The notes under the pieces: model-generated
Told to the model about the DNA's origin: nothing
Seen by the model: only the letters and a program-made list of their open reading frames with translations
The model's database searches: none
Position numbers and translations under genes: made by a program
NCBI GenBank assembly: GCA_045660325.1
Contig: JAZRDO010000023.1
Coordinates: forward strand, 4,897 to 68,896
From: Eubacteriales bacterium
Lineage (GTDB): Bacteria > Bacillota > Clostridia > Oscillospirales > CAG-272
Length of the DNA: 64,000 bases
Direction of reading: 5' to 3'
Shown: in pieces, positions 61,246-64,000 of the stretch
How the letters are laid out: each line of letters begins with the position of its first letter
How positions within the stretch are numbered: position 1 is the first letter of the stretch

Positions 61246-61711
61246 ATTTATAACCGTCGGTCAGCTCAAGGAAAGCTACCTTCGTGAAGCGGTAAGTGAA
61301 TACGAAAAGCGCCTTTCGGGCTTTTGCCGTGTTGAAAACGTAAACTTAAAGGAATATAAGGTTCCGCAGGATCCCTCGGATGCCGAAATACAGAAGGCGC
61401 TCGCCGAGGAAGCTAAAATGATCCTCTCGGCAATCCCCGACCGCGCGTACAAGATAATTATGTGTGTCGAGGGCAAGCAGTTTTCAAGCGAGGAGCTCGC
61501 GGATAAGCTTGAAAAAGCATTCTCCGTCTCAAACGAGATCGTCTTTGTCATCGGCTCGTCGCACGGACTCCACGATAGCGTAAAGAACGTGGCGGATATC
61601 AAGCTTTCAGTTTCAAAGCTTACATTTCCCCATCAGCTTATGCGCCCGATTTTGCTTGAATCCGTCTACAGATGCATGACGATCATAAAAGGAACGAAAT
61701 ATCATAAATAA
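61232..61711 (+). CDS. rlmH: 23S rRNA pseudouridine-1915 N3-methyltransferase
   Basis: EYEKRL, FVIGSSHG, LTFPHQL, C-terminal YHK. Confidence 0.96.
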   Translation: MATIKFITVGQLKESYLREAVSEYEKRLSGFCRVENVNLKEYKVPQDPSDAEIQKALAEEAKMILSAIPDRAYKIIMCVEGKQFSSEELADKLEKAFSVSNEIVFVIGSSHGLHDSVKNVADIKLSVSKLTFPHQLMRPILLESVYRCMTIIKGTKYHK

Positions 61712-61736
61712 AAGGCTCGCTAACGCGAGCCTTTTT
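61711..61736 (+). terminator. terminator after rlmH
   Basis: AAAGGCTCGC/GCGAGCCTTTTT. Confidence 0.8.
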
Positions 61737-61783
61737 CATATAATTTTATCGCACCTCATATTCATATAAAAAACGAGGTGCTT

Positions 61784-62269
61784 ATGCTAAAGAAAATATT
61801 TTCACTTGGCTTGATTTTTATACTGTTGCTGACCGCCACATCCTGTACACAAACACCCAATATTCCAAACACGGAGAAAATTGTCGCAGCATTGTGCGAA
61901 AACGAAAAAGCTCTCCCCGCAGGGAGAATTTATTCATCCGATCTTGACACGACCGACAAAAGCTTTTTATCTGATTCCCTGCTCATCTCATACTTCGGAG
62001 AGCCAAACATTGAAAAATATAAGGAAAATTGGATCTCATACAGTATCTTTATCGCAAGCGGTAACCCGAGCTGTGAATTCGCCGTGATATACTGCTCAAC
62101 TCCAAGCAGCCTTACCGACACCTCGCGACTTCTTTCCCTGCGCCTTGATTCAATAAAGAAAAGCTTGAAGGAAGCGGACGGCAGAGTCATAACTCGGGGT
62201 AGCTATGCAATTCTCATTATTTCCCGTGACGTCAAGGATCAAATAAAGCTCATCCGAAAAGCGTGCTGA
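61784..62269 (+). CDS. putative lipoprotein
   Basis: Signal peptide ending in an ATSC lipobox-like motif; GAGGTG RBS. Confidence 0.75.
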   Translation: MLKKIFSLGLIFILLLTATSCTQTPNIPNTEKIVAALCENEKALPAGRIYSSDLDTTDKSFLSDSLLISYFGEPNIEKYKENWISYSIFIASGNPSCEFAVIYCSTPSSLTDTSRLLSLRLDSIKKSLKEADGRVITRGSYAILIISRDVKDQIKLIRKAC

Positions 62270-62696
62270 TATAATATATCACCCCGTATGCCGTGCCCGA
62301 CAGGGTCGCGTACAAAAGCACAGGTCCCGCTACCGAGAATATCTTCGAGCCGACACCAAGCACCCATCCCTCGTTCTTGGAATCTATCGCCGCCGACGCG
62401 ACGGAATTCGCAAATCCGGTTATGGGGAGAAGTGTGCCGCCGCCCGTATGCTTTGCGATCTTCGGAAATACACCTATGCCCGTCAGAAGCACCGAGATAA
62501 ATACAAGAGTAATTGAAAGAGCAAGATACGCGTCCCTCTCCTCAAGGCCTGCATTTACGTACAAATTCTTAATTATCTGACCGACACCGCAAATTATAGC
62601 GCCCGATAAAAACGCCTTTATCGCATTTACGCCGACCTTGGATTTCTCTGCGCGAGCCTTTACGTATTTTTGATATCTATCCTTTTGAATATCCAT
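62250..62696 (-). CDS. spoVAC: stage V sporulation protein AC
   Basis: AFLSGAIICGVGQ, GGTLLPITGFANSV, IFSVAGPV. Confidence 0.92.
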   Translation of the reverse strand: MDIQKDRYQKYVKARAEKSKVGVNAIKAFLSGAIICGVGQIIKNLYVNAGLEERDAYLALSITLVFISVLLTGIGVFPKIAKHTGGGTLLPITGFANSVASAAIDSKNEGWVLGVGSKIFSVAGPVLLYATLSGTAYGVIYYISTLFG

Positions 62697-62755
62697 TTTT
62701 TCGCCTCCTTTTTACCTATAAATATTGTAAGCCGCAGCACAAAAAAATATACTCC

Positions 62756-62784
62756 TTGACAAACAGGCAAAAAAAGGGTATAAT
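62756..62784 (+). promoter_or_regulatory. sigma-A promoter
   Basis: TTGACA-N17-TATAAT. Confidence 0.75.
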
Positions 62785-62822
62785 ATTATTGTAAATTTAA
62801 AATTTCGAGAGGATATAGCAAT

Positions 62823-63254
62823 ATGGATTTTTTTGATAATGCCAAGACAGTAGCTAAAAAAGCAGTTGAAAAAGGTGGTGCTCTCAGTGAAGCGGCTGCC
62901 CTTAAAATAAAAATGATGAATAAAAGACACGAGATCGCAGAGGAATATAAGAGACTCGGCGCCTTCGTTTACAAGAAGTTAAAAACAGACTCTCCCGCGG
63001 CACAGGACGAGATCACCGCAAAGATCGGCGCATCTGTTGACAAGATCGACGTGCTTATGATCCAGCTTGCAAAGTTCAATTACGAGTACAAAGCAAAAAT
63101 GGAGCAGGCAAAGGGCGAGAACGAAAAGCACACCGTAACTCCCGAGGAGGTTATGGAGGGCTTCAATCAGGCTCGCGAGGAAGCCGACGAGGACTATGAG
63201 GAAGCAATTGCCCTCGCCGAGGAAGCGAAGGAACTTGCGGAAGAAGTAAAATAA
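62823..63254 (+). CDS. coiled-coil hypothetical protein
   Basis: Has its own promoter, GAGG RBS and terminator. Confidence 0.8.
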   Translation: MDFFDNAKTVAKKAVEKGGALSEAAALKIKMMNKRHEIAEEYKRLGAFVYKKLKTDSPAAQDEITAKIGASVDKIDVLMIQLAKFNYEYKAKMEQAKGENEKHTVTPEEVMEGFNQAREEADEDYEEAIALAEEAKELAEEVK

Positions 63255-63257
63255 TCA

Positions 63258-63292
63258 AAAAAGGCAATATCACAAATGTGATATTGCCTTTT
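63258..63292. terminator. bidirectional terminator
   Basis: AAAAGGCAATATCACA/TGTGATATTGCCTTTT. Confidence 0.8.
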
Positions 63293-63297
63293 CTATA

Positions 63298-64000
63298 TTA
63301 AAGCATAAGTCTGTAAATATTCGCCATATCCTCTTCCTTGAGTACAACGAAGCTGCCGAGTGTTCCGCCATTTCCGTTACCGTAAGCGGCAGTATGTGCA
63401 AGATAAGGAATGTCCTCTGCCTTACCGCCAAGCTCTCCGAGAGTCTGCGGCATGCCGATCGATCTCAAGAACGCGCGGAATGCGCTGATGCCCGCCTTGG
63501 CCGTTGCCTCGGGATGAGCAAAGTCCATATTGCAGCCCCAAACGCGTGTCGCGATCTGCGCAAATCTCATAATATCGTGATTCATATTGTATTCCATCCA
63601 AGCGGGGAAAACCACCGCAAGACCCGCTCCGTGCGCGCAATCATAAAGAGCTGAGAGCTCATGCTCCATATCGTGGCTCGCCCAGTCCTGCTCACGGCCT
63701 ACGCCGCAGCAATTGTTATGAGCCATCATTCCCGCCCACATAATATTAGCTCTCGCCTCGTAATCGTGAGGATTTGCAATTACCTTCGGCGCCTCGTTTA
63801 CCATGGTAAGAAGCAAGCCCTCGATAACGCGATCGGTAACCTCGACGTCCTTCGTGTTTGTGAAGTAACGTTCAAGAAGATGCGCCATAATATCGGTGAT
63901 GCCGCAAGCGGTCTGATATGCGGGAAGCGTCTCAGTGAGCTCGGGATTCATAATTGAGAATACGGGACGGATCGCATCACCGCCCGCGCTGCGCTTGAGC
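63298..64000 (-). CDS. iron-containing alcohol dehydrogenase (BdhA/YqhD-like), 5' part outside the window
   Basis: DIMAHLLERYF, ARANIMW, DWASHDMEHELSA, AHGAGLA. Confidence 0.92.
   Translation of the reverse strand, partial: LKRSAGGDAIRPVFSIMNPELTETLPAYQTACGITDIMAHLLERYFTNTKDVEVTDRVIEGLLLTMVNEAPKVIANPHDYEARANIMWAGMMAHNNCCGVGREQDWASHDMEHELSALYDCAHGAGLAVVFPAWMEYNMNHDIMRFAQIATRVWGCNMDFAHPEATAKAGISAFRAFLRSIGMPQTLGELGGKAEDIPYLAHTAAYGNGNGGTLGSFVVLKEEDMANIYRLML

Noticed and set aside
61690-61790. Genomic island integrated at the rlmH (orfX) 3' end
   Set aside because: rlmH is followed by a terminator and ordinary genes; no recombinase or duplicated att sequence is visible.
62250-62269. 20-bp convergent overlap of the lipoprotein gene and spoVAC
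   Set aside because: Short tail-to-tail overlaps are common, and nothing else suggests regulation.

Overview
Mostly core-genome DNA from a spore-forming Firmicute of the Clostridia class. This is inferred from gene content (spoVAC, sleC-like, abrB, cdaA-cdaR, hemZ, mini-RNase III, RNase J) and consensus sigma-A promoters. Left to right it holds: a heterodimeric ABC exporter, ktrB-ktrA, asnS, an AT-rich S8 protease plus lipoprotein islet, five tandem zinc-ribbon membrane paralogues, a full shikimate/Tyr/Phe operon, a long minus-strand run from pncB-cdaA-cdaR through recJ-relA-dtd-hemZ-udk-mtaD to a flippase, a split SleC locus, a GH106-like glycosidase, alaX/mrnC/ppi, ilvE, two GGCGS-tailed surface proteins, rnj, abrB-galK-walJ-rlmH and spoVAC. 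No rRNA, tRNA, CRISPR array, transposase or integrase was seen. The best find is an unannotated 17-codon leader peptide, MANITFATVYYYFYFYC (12260-12313). It lies between the aro promoter and an intrinsic terminator and looks like a ribosome-stalling attenuator sensing both Tyr and Phe, in a phylum where T-boxes are the usual mechanism. Other candidates are the alternating short/long zinc-ribbon array, a composite REP-like element sitting just after stop codons, a SleC split at one in-frame TAG, and a non-LPXTG Cys-containing C-terminal sorting signal. All product calls come from motifs read by eye; no database search was run.
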